Shown: positions 55,749 through 64,000 of the stretch, piece after piece
Layout of the letters: every line of letters starts with the position of its first letter
Position numbering within the stretch: the first letter of the stretch is position 1
NCBI GenBank assembly: GCA_035576105.1
Contig: DATLXA010000067.1
Location: forward strand, 205,082-269,081
DNA: 64,000 nucleotides
Source of the DNA: Bacteriovoracaceae bacterium
GTDB lineage: Bacteria; Bdellovibrionota; Bacteriovoracia; Bacteriovoracales; Bacteriovoracaceae
Direction: 5' to 3'
Notes under the pieces: model-generated
The model's input: the letters and a program-made list of their open reading frames with translations, nothing else
The model's database searches: none
What the model was told of the DNA's origin: nothing
Position numbers and translations under genes: made by a program

Positions 55749-56816
55749 TTAATCCACGATGTCGGCAGTGACCGAACCGATCTTGATCTTCGCCTGTGCC
55801 TTGAGCAGGGTCTTGCGGTCGTCGTCGGAGAACCAGAAATACAGGTCTCCGCTTTTGAGGGTCTCGCCGGTGTACTGAGTGGTGGCGTGGATGCGGACGG
55901 CGTTCTTGACACCTTTGTCTGTCTTGATCTTCTCTCTTCCCTCGACCAGGGATTTTAGCACCAGGAGCTTCCCCTTGTTGATGATGGGGATCTCGTAGAC
56001 GTCGCCGTTCTTGAGTGGCAGGCCTTGGTACAGGAAAAGGATCGAGAAGGCGTCGGTGCTGTAGTACGGGATGGGCTTCTCGTCCTTCTTGTCTTTGACA
56101 CTGCCGTTTGATTTCTTCTGGTGGTAGAACCAGAAGGTCTTAAGGTTCTCCCGGTCGTGCAGCTGGAGGTCGTCGATGTCCTGCTTGCTCTCCCGCTGAA
56201 TCAGGCTGTACTTGATCGACAGGAACTTATCCGTGGTCACGTAGGTGTCAACGGTGTCGTCGAGCTCGTAGATGTTGCTGTAGAACGGTGCGGACTTGAA
56301 CCTCGCGTGGAAGTGCCAGACTTCTTTGTCGTCGATCATCTTCTTGCCGTGGTTCTGGACGAGGATCTTCCCTACGGTCATGCCGAGGTAGTGGATGTCT
56401 AGGTAGATCTTTTCTCCGGTCTTGTGGTTCGGTTTGTACTGGTCCCAGACCTTCTTGGCCTTCGCGTTCAGCGCCAGGAGTTCAGGTGGATAGTCCTTGG
56501 GAGGGCCCTTAACCACTGGAGGGATAACTTTTGCTTCCACCGCCGGTGGCACCTTCACAGTCGGCGCCGCGGGAACCTTTTTCTTCTTACCGGCGGTGCC
56601 CGGAACCTGAGGTTTTTCCAAGACCACTTCCGGAGCCGGCACGGCTTCCGGCGCGGTAGGCTCTTCAACGGGTTTTACTTCAAATTTTTCCCTAAGTTTT
56701 TCATCGACCTGGACCTGCGTGGTCGGCTCCACTGGCTTCTCCATTTCTTTTTTAAAGTCCTTCTGTCTCCAGGAACAATTACTCAGTAAAAAAATGGACA
56801 GAACAAGAATTTTCAC
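55749..56816 (-). CDS. DUF3108-domain lipoprotein
   Basis: Lipobox LSNC, Pro-rich linker, GEKIYLDIHYLGMTVG, WFSDDDRKTLLKAQAKIKIGSV. Confidence 0.78.
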   Translation of the reverse strand: MKILVLSIFLLSNCSWRQKDFKKEMEKPVEPTTQVQVDEKLREKFEVKPVEEPTAPEAVPAPEVVLEKPQVPGTAGKKKKVPAAPTVKVPPAVEAKVIPPVVKGPPKDYPPELLALNAKAKKVWDQYKPNHKTGEKIYLDIHYLGMTVGKILVQNHGKKMIDDKEVWHFHARFKSAPFYSNIYELDDTVDTYVTTDKFLSIKYSLIQRESKQDIDDLQLHDRENLKTFWFYHQKKSNGSVKDKKDEKPIPYYSTDAFSILFLYQGLPLKNGDVYEIPIINKGKLLVLKSLVEGREKIKTDKGVKNAVRIHATTQYTGETLKSGDLYFWFSDDDRKTLLKAQAKIKIGSVTADIVD

Positions 56817-56831
56817 AAGGTGTCCTCTTCG

Positions 56832-57938
56832 CTAGTTTGTTTCTGCAGCAGCTTCCAGGTGTAGGACTTTCCGCAACGCCTTCAGAAGGTCCGTTTCCCC
56901 ACTCAGAAATTCTACTTTTACCTTCGTAAAAAGAATACGGCTGTCGAGGGATACTCTCTTCATTTTTACCATATCTTTCTCTGAGCATAAGATGATGCAG
57001 GACTGCTGGGATGCTTTGATCAAGAGTTCGTTGACGTCCCCGGGAGTGAAGAAATAGTGGTCTGAAAAACTCACCTTCTCGACGATCTCGACTCCGAAGT
57101 TTTCTAAGTATTTATAAAAGGAATCCGGAGAGGCGATAGCAGTAACGGCAATGGCCCGGAGACCTTTTAACTCGTGTATAGAAAAGATGTACTTGTCGTG
57201 CACGTCGAACACACCCAGTGGATGGTACTTGGTGAGGGCCAGCAATGGTTGGTGATGGAAGTGCTGCGAGATTGCTGCCAGAAGCTCCTGGATTTTTTCT
57301 TTGGGGACAAGGTCCGCCCGTGAGATGACAATCGCGTCGGCATCTTTGAGAGAAGACAGTCCCTCTCTGAGGTACCCCAGGGGTGCCACCTTATAGAGGT
57401 TCAGGGGCATGGAGGCGTCGAACAGCAGGATGTTGAATGACCGGTAGATCTGCAGGTGCTGGAAGCCGTCGTCCAGTAGCACCACGTCCGGCTGGACCTC
57501 CGAGAAGTACTTCAGAAGGTTCTGGGCCCTGCGCTTCCCAACGATGACCGCACCCCGCTTCATCTTGTTCGAGATCATCAAGGGCTCGTCCCCGTAGTCG
57601 AAAGGGTTGAGGCGAAACTTTTGCCCAGACTTCAGCAACCCGGAGGAGTTCTCGAGCTGTCCTTTATACCCGCGGGTGAGGACCACCGGGGTCAGGTTGT
57701 GAGAGATGAGCCAGTCCGCGAGCCAGATGATGGTGGGTGTCTTGCCGGTGCCACCGAAGGAGATGTTCCCGACTGAGATGACCGGGACCTTGAAAGTTGT
57801 TTTCCGAAAAACACCGTACTCGTAGAATGACCGGCGAATGCGGTAGACCCATTCCCACAGAAAACTTATGGGCGTGAAGAGTGTGCCCCTCACCAGGGAC
57901 CGCGCGCGCAGCCTGCTCTTCTGAGTCATTTCACTCAT
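56832..57938 (-). CDS. lpxK: Tetraacyldisaccharide 4'-kinase
   Basis: VISVGNISFGGTGKTP, LTRGYKG, GDEPLM, LLDDGFQH, PLGYLRE, SDHYFF, CSEKDMVK. Confidence 0.96.
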   Translation of the reverse strand: MSEMTQKSRLRARSLVRGTLFTPISFLWEWVYRIRRSFYEYGVFRKTTFKVPVISVGNISFGGTGKTPTIIWLADWLISHNLTPVVLTRGYKGQLENSSGLLKSGQKFRLNPFDYGDEPLMISNKMKRGAVIVGKRRAQNLLKYFSEVQPDVVLLDDGFQHLQIYRSFNILLFDASMPLNLYKVAPLGYLREGLSSLKDADAIVISRADLVPKEKIQELLAAISQHFHHQPLLALTKYHPLGVFDVHDKYIFSIHELKGLRAIAVTAIASPDSFYKYLENFGVEIVEKVSFSDHYFFTPGDVNELLIKASQQSCIILCSEKDMVKMKRVSLDSRILFTKVKVEFLSGETDLLKALRKVLHLEAAAETN

Positions 57939-59064
57939 GGATGACCTGGGACATGTATAGCGGCACAGAGAAATCTTCGCCCGAGAGGAGATTCTTCGTC
58001 TCCCTCAGGCATGCCTTGAGATCAGTATAAACCTTTTCATCGCCGGACCAAGACATAATTATCTTCTTAAGCTTGTGGGGATCAATCCGGTCCTGGGTGA
58101 ACTCCGGGAACACCATTTTGCCATGAATAATGTTCGTCAGCGATATTGGTCCTCGGTACTTAATGAGGTGATCGAAGATGAACTCATTGAGCAAGGAGCT
58201 CCGGTAACACACGATGGTTGGGAGTTCGAAGAGAGCGGTGCTAAGAGTCACGGTTCCGCTAGCGGCGAGGGCCATGTGACAGCTGTTCATAGCAGTCACC
58301 AGATTCTCGGAATGGTGAATCACGTCGATGTCGCTTTGGTAGAAATGGTAAATCTCTTCACTCACGTGATCCACTTTCACCAGATGGACTTCAACCGAGC
58401 AAGACGTTCTCAGCAGCCTTACGGTGTGGATAAAATCTGGCAGAAGAGAATAGATCTCGGACTTTCTGCTTCCGGGCAACAGCAGCAGCTTGAGCTTCCC
58501 CTGCATCTCTGTGAAAGACTTCTGAGGGATCTTCGCGAGGACTTCTCGGTAAGTGAGCATGAGTGGATGTGGGATCGACCGGACCTGCGAGACGCCTCTT
58601 TGTTTAAACCACTGGGTCTCGAAAGGAAGGATGGAAAATAAAGTATGCGCGGTCCGGGCCAGCACCCCGGCCCTCCCGGCCCTCCAGGCCCAGGCCTGAG
58701 GAGCGACGTAGTACAGGACCTTGACCCCGCGGCTCGCAAGTCGTCTGGCCAACCGGAGGTTGAAATCCTGAAAATCTACGACGATGGCAGTCCTGGTGCC
58801 ACGGCTTTGGACTTCGGCTTCCAGGCGACGCATGGCCTTGAGGTAAAAAGGAATTTTCTGAACAACTTCGGAGAAGCCCATGCTCCCGAAGTCCCTGAGG
58901 TGGTAGAGAAGCTCAAGACCGTTTCTCTGAAGGCCATCGCCGCCGACACCGTAGAATTTCACGTCCGGGCACAGCTTCACCAGTTCGGGAAAAAAACTAA
59001 GAGCGTGCTCTTCACCGGATTTCTCTCCTGCGACCAGGAGACAGCTATCCATGCAACCGGACAT
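57931..59064 (-). CDS. lpxB: Lipid-A-disaccharide synthase
   Basis: VAGEKSGE, VVDFQDFN, YYVAPQAWAWR, ILPFE, LLPGSRKSE, AASGTVTL. Confidence 0.95.
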   Translation of the reverse strand: MSGCMDSCLLVAGEKSGEEHALSFFPELVKLCPDVKFYGVGGDGLQRNGLELLYHLRDFGSMGFSEVVQKIPFYLKAMRRLEAEVQSRGTRTAIVVDFQDFNLRLARRLASRGVKVLYYVAPQAWAWRAGRAGVLARTAHTLFSILPFETQWFKQRGVSQVRSIPHPLMLTYREVLAKIPQKSFTEMQGKLKLLLLPGSRKSEIYSLLPDFIHTVRLLRTSCSVEVHLVKVDHVSEEIYHFYQSDIDVIHHSENLVTAMNSCHMALAASGTVTLSTALFELPTIVCYRSSLLNEFIFDHLIKYRGPISLTNIIHGKMVFPEFTQDRIDPHKLKKIIMSWSGDEKVYTDLKACLRETKNLLSGEDFSVPLYMSQVIHE

Positions 59065-60010
59065 CGACGGTGGAGGCTTCGGCCATGGACCTCAGGGTCA
59101 CGTCCACCAGGTGAACAGCGTTCAGACCGTCGAAGAGGCCAACGACGGAAGGTGCTTGGTGTGCAATCGATTGATAGAAGTGCTGGTGCTCGATCAACAG
59201 GTGGTCTCGCTTAGGGTAATTCTCTTCCTTCACGAAGGTACCGTCGTCGAACTGACCGGCGGGTGCTCTCAGGATCTTATTGGAGAAGAGGTCGATCAGG
59301 AGTGTCCCGGCGCCGGAGACGATCTCCAAATTCCGGATCTCTTGCACGTGGTTCCGGCTCACCACGATGTCCGCGTGGCACCCCTGTTCTAGCTTCACGT
59401 GGATGTTGGCGTGGTCCCACTTACTTGTTCGGATCTTCTGACCCGTGGCCGTGACCTGCAGCGGCCGTTGCTTGAAGAGGAACATCAGAAGATCGAGGTC
59501 GTGGATGGCCAGGTCCTGGACGACGTCCACGTCCGTGGCCCTGCCTTTGAACGGAGCGATCCGGTTGATTCGGACCGTGAAAGGTGCCGCAAGAGAGTGG
59601 ATCTCGGTCCGGAGCTTCTCCCAGGCTTGGTGGAATCGTTCACTGTGCCCGACCTGCAGGATCATGGCCTTGCCTTGAGCAATCTCTCTGAGAGTCTTCC
59701 CTTCTGGGTCATGAGAGCAGAGGGGCTTTTCGCAGAAGACGTGCTTGCCCTGCTCCAGCAGGTACTTCACCAGCTCAAAGTGGGTGGAGGTGGGGGTCAC
59801 CACGATGGCCGCGTCGATCCCGGAGATGACCTCAGAGATCTCATCGACCACTCGAACCTTGGGGTGCGCCGCCTGAGCAAGTGCCTTATTGGGCGCGAAG
59901 TTTTCGACGATGGCCACGAACTCCACTTGGTCTGGATGGGCGTCCACTTTTTGGCAATGCCATTTCCCTAGATGCCCGTACCCCAGGACTGCGACTCGGA
60001 TCTTCTTCAT
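59045..60010 (-). CDS. gnnA: Gfo/Idh/MocA oxidoreductase, probable UDP-GlcNAc 3-dehydrogenase (GnnA)
   Basis: GYGHLGKWH, VTPTSTH, HVFCEKP, QVGHSERF, DVDVVQDLAIHDLD; located between lpxA and lpxB. Confidence 0.72.
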   Translation of the reverse strand: MKKIRVAVLGYGHLGKWHCQKVDAHPDQVEFVAIVENFAPNKALAQAAHPKVRVVDEISEVISGIDAAIVVTPTSTHFELVKYLLEQGKHVFCEKPLCSHDPEGKTLREIAQGKAMILQVGHSERFHQAWEKLRTEIHSLAAPFTVRINRIAPFKGRATDVDVVQDLAIHDLDLLMFLFKQRPLQVTATGQKIRTSKWDHANIHVKLEQGCHADIVVSRNHVQEIRNLEIVSGAGTLLIDLFSNKILRAPAGQFDDGTFVKEENYPKRDHLLIEHQHFYQSIAHQAPSVVGLFDGLNAVHLVDVTLRSMAEASTVDVRLHG

Positions 60011-60020
60011 AATTTTCCTG

Positions 60021-60824
60021 TTAGCCCGCCATGAACGGAGCTATTCCGATTTCACTTTTTTTGATGAACGATGCGATCTCCTGGATGACAACGTTGTGCT
60101 TGAACTCTTCCATCAGCTCCGGGTGCGAGACGAAGGCCCTCGGTGCCAGGGCAGAAGCCTCCATGGTGCGGTAGAAGTCCACCACTTCCGAGACGGCTTC
60201 TCTGCTGTGGCCCTGCCGCTTGAGACCGATGATGTTGATCCCCTTGAGGCGGATCCGGTTCCCGTAGGCGGTGCAGAAGTTAGGGATGTCACGGTCGATC
60301 CCGGAGCCGCCGCCGATGTAGGATCCTTTGCCCAAAGTCACGTACTGAGAGATCCCGGTATTCCCTCCCACGATCACCCGGTCACCGATGTTGACGTGTC
60401 CCGCGAGGTTTACACTGTTGGCGAAGGTGAGGTTATTCCCGAGAGTACAATCATGGGCGATGTGACAGTAGGCCATATACAGGGAGTTTGATCCGATGAT
60501 GGTCTTGTTATCCTGCTTGGTGGTTCCCCGGTGAACGGAGACGTATTCACGGAAAGTGTTATTGTCTCCGATGAGAGTCTCCGTCGGCTCTCCTTTGTAG
60601 GACGTATCCTGCGGCGGAGCTCCGATCGAACCGAACTGGAAGAACTTGTTTCCCTTGCCGATCTTGGTGTGTCCGTCGACCACCACGTTTGAATGGAAAA
60701 GGCAGTCGTCTCCGATCTCCACGTTGGGACCGACCACGCAGAACGGACCGAACTTTACGTTGTTTCCGATCTTCGCTTCCGGGTGGATGAAAGACATAGG
60801 GTGTGCTTCATAGTTTTTTGTCAT
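60021..60824 (-). CDS. lpxA: Acyl-ACP--UDP-GlcNAc(3N) acyltransferase
   Basis: Hexapeptide repeats, IGAPPQD, IHRGT-like VHRGT, HIAHDC, GHVNIG. Confidence 0.96.
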   Translation of the reverse strand: MTKNYEAHPMSFIHPEAKIGNNVKFGPFCVVGPNVEIGDDCLFHSNVVVDGHTKIGKGNKFFQFGSIGAPPQDTSYKGEPTETLIGDNNTFREYVSVHRGTTKQDNKTIIGSNSLYMAYCHIAHDCTLGNNLTFANSVNLAGHVNIGDRVIVGGNTGISQYVTLGKGSYIGGGSGIDRDIPNFCTAYGNRIRLKGINIIGLKRQGHSREAVSEVVDFYRTMEASALAPRAFVSHPELMEEFKHNVVIQEIASFIKKSEIGIAPFMAG

Positions 60825-60834
60825 AAGGGTCTCT

Positions 60835-61335
60835 CTAGTTGTAATGGATTTTTAAGGACGCCATGAACGTCGTCTGGGACATGAGCTCGCCGCCGCAGAA
60901 TATTTCACCGTCGTAGAAAAGGAACGAGCCCCGGGTTTTCGTTAGGACCGCGTGGATCTCCAGGTCCATGGGTGGGACAATGGGCCTGCGGAACTTCGCT
61001 GATTCAACTCCAAGCAGGGCGACCTCCAGGTGGCACTGCTCGATGGGCTTTTCCAGGCAGTGGATCACCATGAAGGAAGCCGCCTGTGCCATCATCTCTA
61101 TCTGGACAACACCCGGGAGGATGGGATTGCCCGGGAAATGCCCATCGAGAACTTTTACAGTGTTATCGATCTTGAACGTGCAGATCACTTTTCCGCCGAT
61201 GAGATCGGAATGTTTAAAAGGGCCAGTCTTTCCTTTGATCGCTTCGGGAAGGATGATCTCCTTGACTTCATCGATGAAAAGGAATGGGTCCCGGTGCGGA
61301 AGAAATCCCATGACTTGTGTCTTATTGAGTAACAT
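60835..61335 (-). CDS. fabZ: 3-hydroxyacyl-ACP dehydratase
   Basis: LPHRDPFLFID, GHFPGNPILPGVVQIEMMAQ, KFRRPIVP. Confidence 0.95.
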   Translation of the reverse strand: MLLNKTQVMGFLPHRDPFLFIDEVKEIILPEAIKGKTGPFKHSDLIGGKVICTFKIDNTVKVLDGHFPGNPILPGVVQIEMMAQAASFMVIHCLEKPIEQCHLEVALLGVESAKFRRPIVPPMDLEIHAVLTKTRGSFLFYDGEIFCGGELMSQTTFMASLKIHYN

Positions 61336-61344
61336 TCGCTGCTC

Positions 61345-62388
61345 CTATGAAGATTTTTCTTTTAAAGACATTTTTCTGACGTAGGCCAAGCCCCGCAGCC
61401 ATTCTTTCAGCTCCCGGGCCGGGTGGCCCCCCAGCTTCGAACCCGCGGGCCAGATGGCTCCGTCAGTGACCATGGCCGCCCCTGCTACTTGCGTGCCTTT
61501 TCCAAGATGGGTATCGGGCCCGATCCCGACCTTTCCGGCCAGCACCACGAAGTCCTCGAGCACCGCACTCCCCGCCAGGGCCGCGTGCCCGCAGATCACG
61601 CACCCTCTGCCGATCCGGCAGTTGTGAGCAATCTGCACGAAGTTATCGATGCGAGTTCCCGATCCGATGAAGGTTGGAGAGAAGGTCCCGCAGTCAACAG
61701 CGGAGTTCGCGCCGATCTCCACATCATCTTCGATCACCACCCCGCCCGTGTGCCAGATCTTGAGATGTTTTCCTTGATGAAAAGTGTATCCGAAACCGTC
61801 GGCTCCGATGACCGTGCCGGAATGGATTCGACAGTTTCGTCCGATTTTGGTGAACGGGTAGATGGAAACGTTGGGGTAGATCTTGCTTCCCTCGGCGATC
61901 TCAACGTGGGGAAGGATCACGGTCCCGGGCATGATCTCTACTCCCGGACCGATCTTCACATGTTCTCCGATGAAAACATTCTGAGCGACGAACGCACTCG
62001 GGTCGATCTCAACGTTTCCCATCTGGCGGCCATCGACCTGGCTATTGAGTCCGCGCAGCTTCTGGTGGTAAAACGGCTTAGAGAGCAGGGTCAAACTCAG
62101 AGATACCTGTGGAGACGTTGCGATCCAGGCGAGCGTGTGGAGCTGTGCTCTGGAGTCCTCATTCAGACCCTGGTAGAGAGCTTCGTCGATCACGGCACCG
62201 ATCTTCAAGGTGGCGGCCCGCTCGATGTGAGGAGCGAGCTTCTGGAAGAATTTGGCATTCTTGATGAAGATGAGCCCATTCTGTGAGAGCGAGTCTAAAG
62301 CACAAATGGCCAGAATTTCTTCTGGCCATTTTTCGTTTAACGCAATTTTAAGGCCCGGGTCCGTGCTGCGGCAGTCCTGGAGAAACAT
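61345..62388 (-). CDS. lpxD: UDP-3-O-acyl-glucosamine N-acyltransferase
   Basis: Hexapeptide repeats, [34 protein letters not shown]. Confidence 0.96.
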   Translation of the reverse strand: MFLQDCRSTDPGLKIALNEKWPEEILAICALDSLSQNGLIFIKNAKFFQKLAPHIERAATLKIGAVIDEALYQGLNEDSRAQLHTLAWIATSPQVSLSLTLLSKPFYHQKLRGLNSQVDGRQMGNVEIDPSAFVAQNVFIGEHVKIGPGVEIMPGTVILPHVEIAEGSKIYPNVSIYPFTKIGRNCRIHSGTVIGADGFGYTFHQGKHLKIWHTGGVVIEDDVEIGANSAVDCGTFSPTFIGSGTRIDNFVQIAHNCRIGRGCVICGHAALAGSAVLEDFVVLAGKVGIGPDTHLGKGTQVAGAAMVTDGAIWPAGSKLGGHPARELKEWLRGLAYVRKMSLKEKSS

Positions 62389-62389
62389 T

Positions 62390-62902
62390 TTACTTCTTTC
62401 CAGGATATTTTTTGTCGTAGGCCTTGATGACGTCTTCGGTGAGGTCTTTCTTGCTTTCTGCGTACACGATCGGCGCCGCGGAGAGCTCGAAGGTCATGGC
62501 CACGGCATTTGCTTTCGACACTTCGTCGATGATCGGTCGGAGCTTCTCGAGGATTGGCTTCTTGAGGTCCTGCTCCATCTTCTGAATTTCTCTTTGGTAC
62601 TCCATGGTCTTGTTCTGGAGCTTCATCATCATTTCCTGCATCTCGCGTTCTTTGGTCATGCGGGCCTGCTCGGCGAGGACCATGCTCTGTTTTTTGAAGT
62701 CTTCCTGCGCTTTCTTGATCTTCTCTTCGTCTTTCTTCAACACACCTTTCTTATCATTGAAAGCTTTCTCGAGCGTTCCCTGAACGGCCTTGCCGTCTTT
62801 AATGGAGGTGATGATCTTCTGGATATCAACCAGCCCCACCAGTACCGAGGAAAAAGAAGAAAAACTGAATGTGAGAAGCACTAAGCATAAAACTGATTTC
62901 AT
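62390..62902 (-). CDS. skp: Periplasmic chaperone Skp/OmpH
   Basis: Signal peptide, VGLVDIQKI, long coiled coil, DLTEDVIK; between bamA and lpxD. Confidence 0.92.
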   Translation of the reverse strand: MKSVLCLVLLTFSFSSFSSVLVGLVDIQKIITSIKDGKAVQGTLEKAFNDKKGVLKKDEEKIKKAQEDFKKQSMVLAEQARMTKEREMQEMMMKLQNKTMEYQREIQKMEQDLKKPILEKLRPIIDEVSKANAVAMTFELSAAPIVYAESKKDLTEDVIKAYDKKYPGKK

Positions 62903-62938
62903 ATGAGTCTCCTTAGAGTTGAAAAACTCTACCACTGA

Positions 62939-64000
62939 TTAAAATAATTGTCCTATGTCAAAGTTGAACTGGTTGGAGGCTTCGTTCTCCCGGGGGTTGA
63001 TCGGAAATCCGAACTCGAAGCGCAGCACACCGATGGGAGAAAACCAGCGGAAGCCGAAGCCGTAGTCACTCCGGAGTGAGTAATCATCATTCTCGCCAAT
63101 CCGTTCTTCGAATACGTTACCTGCATCAAAGAAAACAACCCATTTCAGTCCGGCTTCTTTCACCAGTGGATGTTCGAACTCCAGGGTGCCGAGGAGGCTG
63201 AAGAGACCGCCGAAGTTAAAGTCTTCATCCTTCAGAGTCCGAGTGTTGAAGGCGGGCCTGATGGGTCCGATGTCTTCCAGGTTAAAACCTCGCATGTTGC
63301 GGGCTCCACCCATGGAAAATTTCTCCACTCTGGGAATGTCCCGGTCAGTGGTTTTAAAGAGCTGAGAGACAGTGAAACGTGACCGCAGCACAAGGTCTCC
63401 CCACACCGGATAGTAGTAACGACCCTCGACTTCCCCTTTCATCCAACGCATGGTTCCGCCGAGGCCGGTGTATTCCAGAGAAGTGCTGGTGTAGTAACCG
63501 CTGGTCGGCTCGAAGATGTTATTTCTCTTATCTCTTACGATGGATGCCTGGATAGACGAAGAGGTACCGTTCTCGACTTTCTTGTCGATCCCGGAGTTGA
63601 TGATGTCACTCACCCGGTTGTCTTCGTAGCGGTAAGTTAGGAAAAGTCTGGTGAACTCGAAGATCGGATGGCCCACCCGGACATCTCCTCCGTGCTTGCG
63701 GTACGCAAAGGAACGGATGAAGAACGAAAGGGTTTGATAGTAATCCGCTCCCGCCGTCCACTTGGTGTCGAAGAGGTAGGGTTCGGTGAAGCCGACGTTG
63801 TAGATCTGCTGCTTCTTTGAGTAGGACAGGTTCATGTTAATGTTCTGACCCAGGCCCCGGAAGTTATTCTGGGCAACGCTCCCCTGGATGAACATTTGGG
63901 TCGCGGTCGAATACCCGGCTCCCAGAGAGATCTGTCCAGTGGGTCGTTCTTTGATCGAGACTTCAAGGTCCAGGATGTTATCGGTGCCTTTGCGTGTGAT
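62939..64000 (-). CDS. bamA: Outer membrane protein assembly factor BamA (5' truncated)
   Basis: NNFRGLGQ, FTEPYLFDT, GGARNMRGF, WFSPIGVLRFEFG, terminal FDIGQLF. Confidence 0.97.
   Translation of the reverse strand: MTRKGTDNILDLEVSIKERPTGQISLGAGYSTATQMFIQGSVAQNNFRGLGQNINMNLSYSKKQQIYNVGFTEPYLFDTKWTAGADYYQTLSFFIRSFAYRKHGGDVRVGHPIFEFTRLFLTYRYEDNRVSDIINSGIDKKVENGTSSSIQASIVRDKRNNIFEPTSGYYTSTSLEYTGLGGTMRWMKGEVEGRYYYPVWGDLVLRSRFTVSQLFKTTDRDIPRVEKFSMGGARNMRGFNLEDIGPIRPAFNTRTLKDEDFNFGGLFSLLGTLEFEHPLVKEAGLKWVVFFDAGNVFEERIGENDDYSLRSDYGFGFRWFSPIGVLRFEFGFPINPRENEASNQFNFDIGQLF

Noticed and set aside
1-64000. Mobile elements, prophage, defence systems, tRNA/rRNA
   Set aside because: No transposase, integrase, phage, cas or restriction motifs and no tRNA cloverleaf or T-arm signatures were recognised by manual reading.

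Overview
Gene-dense, mostly housekeeping 64 kb bacterial segment. Gene content and style point to a predatory Bdellovibrionota, probably Bacteriovoracaceae-like (inference only). It carries ruvX-mltG; dksA; a sigma-54-type promoter with an S8 protease; lnt; suhB-yacG; an ilvC-panB-coaX-coaBC-panC-hflX pantothenate/CoA operon; a cobalamin riboswitch with a BtuB-like receptor; lptC/A(fused)-lptB-rpoN-hpf; mutS; aspS; an FtsB-like gene; a DEAD-box helicase; a Na+:solute symporter-ABC-HlyD-TolC operon; pepD; clpS-clpA; rlmK; rpsA; and a bamA-skp-lpxD-fabZ-lpxA-gnnA-lpxB-lpxK cluster. No tRNA, rRNA, CRISPR array, transposase or integrase was recognised. Most interesting observations: (1) a tripartite exporter whose only ABC subunit has lost every ATPase motif and is translationally coupled to a Na+-symporter; (2) a 46-aa Lys/Ala histone-H1-like gene missed by the ORF track; (3) a cryptic Cys-rich peptide ORF interrupted by one TAA; (4) a stand-alone DnaA N-terminal-domain protein; (5) a valine-to-CoA arrangement with IlvC apparently replacing PanE; (6) a natural LptC-LptA fusion; (7) several sigma-28-like promoters. 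All calls come from manual motif reading; no database search was run. Several starts were moved downstream of the ORF-track start on the basis of SD or overlap evidence.
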